In this document: piece after piece, positions 62,957 to 64,000 of the stretch
How the letters are laid out: each line of letters begins with the position of its first letter
Position numbering within the stretch: the first letter of the stretch is position 1
Origin: Gammaproteobacteria bacterium
GTDB taxonomy: Bacteria; Pseudomonadota; Gammaproteobacteria; UWMA-0217
Direction of reading: 5' to 3'
DNA length: 64,000 bases
Assembly: GCA_026981985.1 (NCBI GenBank)
Contig: JALSHZ010000031.1
Coordinates: forward strand, 8,911-72,910
Notes under the pieces: generated by a model
What the model was told of the DNA's origin: nothing
The model's input: the letters and a program-made list of their open reading frames with translations, nothing else
Database searches by the model: none
Translations under genes and position numbers: made by a program

Positions 62957-64000
62957 TCAGAAAAAGTCGAGCCCAATGATATCCTGAATCCGTTTGACGG
63001 CAATGACTTCCATGCCTTTGATCTTCTTTTTCGGCGCGTTGGCATGGGGGATGACGGCTTGTTTGAAACCATGTTTGGCTGCTTCCTTGAGGCGCTCTTC
63101 GCCATAGGCGACGGGGCGGATCTCTCCGGCGAGGCCGATTTCGCCGAAGGCGATCATTTTCTGTGGCAGTACCAAATCCCGAAAGCTGGATAGCGCCGAG
63201 AGCACAACGGGCAGGTCGGCACCGGTCTCGGCAATCTTGACGCCGCCGACGACATTGATGAACACGTCCTGGTCGTGCATCGTGATGCCGCCGTGGCGCT
63301 GGATCACTGCCAGCAGCATGGCAAGGCGGTTGTGTTCCAGGCCAACGGTGACGCGCCGCGGTTGTGAGGCGTGGCTGTCGGTGACCAGCGCCTGTACTTC
63401 GACGAGCAGCGGCCGAGTGCCTTCGCGGCTGACCATGACGACACTGCCGGAGACCGGGTCATCATGGCGTGACAGGAAGATGGCCGAGGGATTGTTGACC
63501 GCCTTCAGGCCCGTTTCGGTCATGGCGAAGATGCCGAGTTCGTTGACGGCGCCAAAGCGGTTCTTCACTGCGCGCAGTACCCGGTAGCGACCGTCCGGAT
63601 CACCTTCGAAATAGAGCACGGTATCGACCATATGCTCCAGCACCCGCGGGCCTGCCAGCGCACCTTCCTTAGTCACATGGCCGACGACGAACAGCGAGAT
63701 GTGATGCTGTTTGGCCATCCGTACCAGCTGGGCGGCGCTGTCGCGCACCTGGGCGACGGAGCCAGGCGCTGACTGGAGTTGCTCGGTGAACAGGGTCTGG
63801 ATCGAGTCGATGACGGCGACGCGTGGGCGTTTGTCGAGAATGGTGGCGATGATGTGTTCGACGCAGGTCTCGGTGTAGAGCTCGATATGGTCGGCTTTGA
63901 GTCCGAGACGGCGCGCACGCATGCTGATCTGCTGGGCAGATTCCTCACCGGATACATAGAGCGCGGGAACGCCTTGCAAATAGGCCAGCGTCTGGATCAG
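62957..64000 (-). CDS. radA: DNA repair protein RadA/Sms, 5' end outside the window
   Basis: YVSGEES, IDSIQT, GHVTKEG, KNRFG, GEIGLAGE. Confidence 0.97.
   Translation of the reverse strand: MIQTLAYLQGVPALYVSGEESAQQISMRARRLGLKADHIELYTETCVEHIIATILDKRPRVAVIDSIQTLFTEQLQSAPGSVAQVRDSAAQLVRMAKQHHISLFVVGHVTKEGALAGPRVLEHMVDTVLYFEGDPDGRYRVLRAVKNRFGAVNELGIFAMTETGLKAVNNPSAIFLSRHDDPVSGSVVMVSREGTRPLLVEVQALVTDSHASQPRRVTVGLEHNRLAMLLAVIQRHGGITMHDQDVFINVVGGVKIAETGADLPVVLSALSSFRDLVLPQKMIAFGEIGLAGEIRPVAYGEERLKEAAKHGFKQAVIPHANAPKKKIKGMEVIAVKRIQDIIGLDFF

Overview
Chromosomal window from a moderately GC-rich gammaproteobacterium. The DsrC/TusE-like gene, rhodanese, octaheme HAO-like cytochrome and Na+-type stator suggest a marine sulfur oxidizer (inference). 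Housekeeping genes include moxR/DUF58, cpdA, ubiM, rapA, gdhA, ilvD, sppA, gpmI, grxD, rnt, aceE-aceF-lpdA, metH, bolA and radA. No rRNA, tRNA, CRISPR array or intact transposase was seen. The most notable structures are: (1) at least three families of short non-autonomous repeats; one family has three copies with perfect 8-bp target duplications, interrupts a patatin gene, and varies in size by nested hairpin cassettes; (2) an OmpA gene that looks like a polyprotein (acidic Ca-binding repeats, internal GlyGly-CTERM-like anchor, second signal peptide, OmpA); (3) an OmpR/sensor-kinase module with two exported 12-aa-repeat proteins that share an identically spaced upstream box; (4) a four-gene envelope operon (Cys-rich lipoprotein, AsmA/YdbH-like protein, small lipoprotein, PD40-TPR protein); (5) a stand-alone pomAB plus two PilZ genes and an unknown gene, with two sigma28-like promoters; (6) a DsrC-like gene lacking the C-terminal Cys, next to a HIT-like gene and gdhA; (7) two candidate structured RNAs. 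All family calls come from motif recognition; no database search was run.
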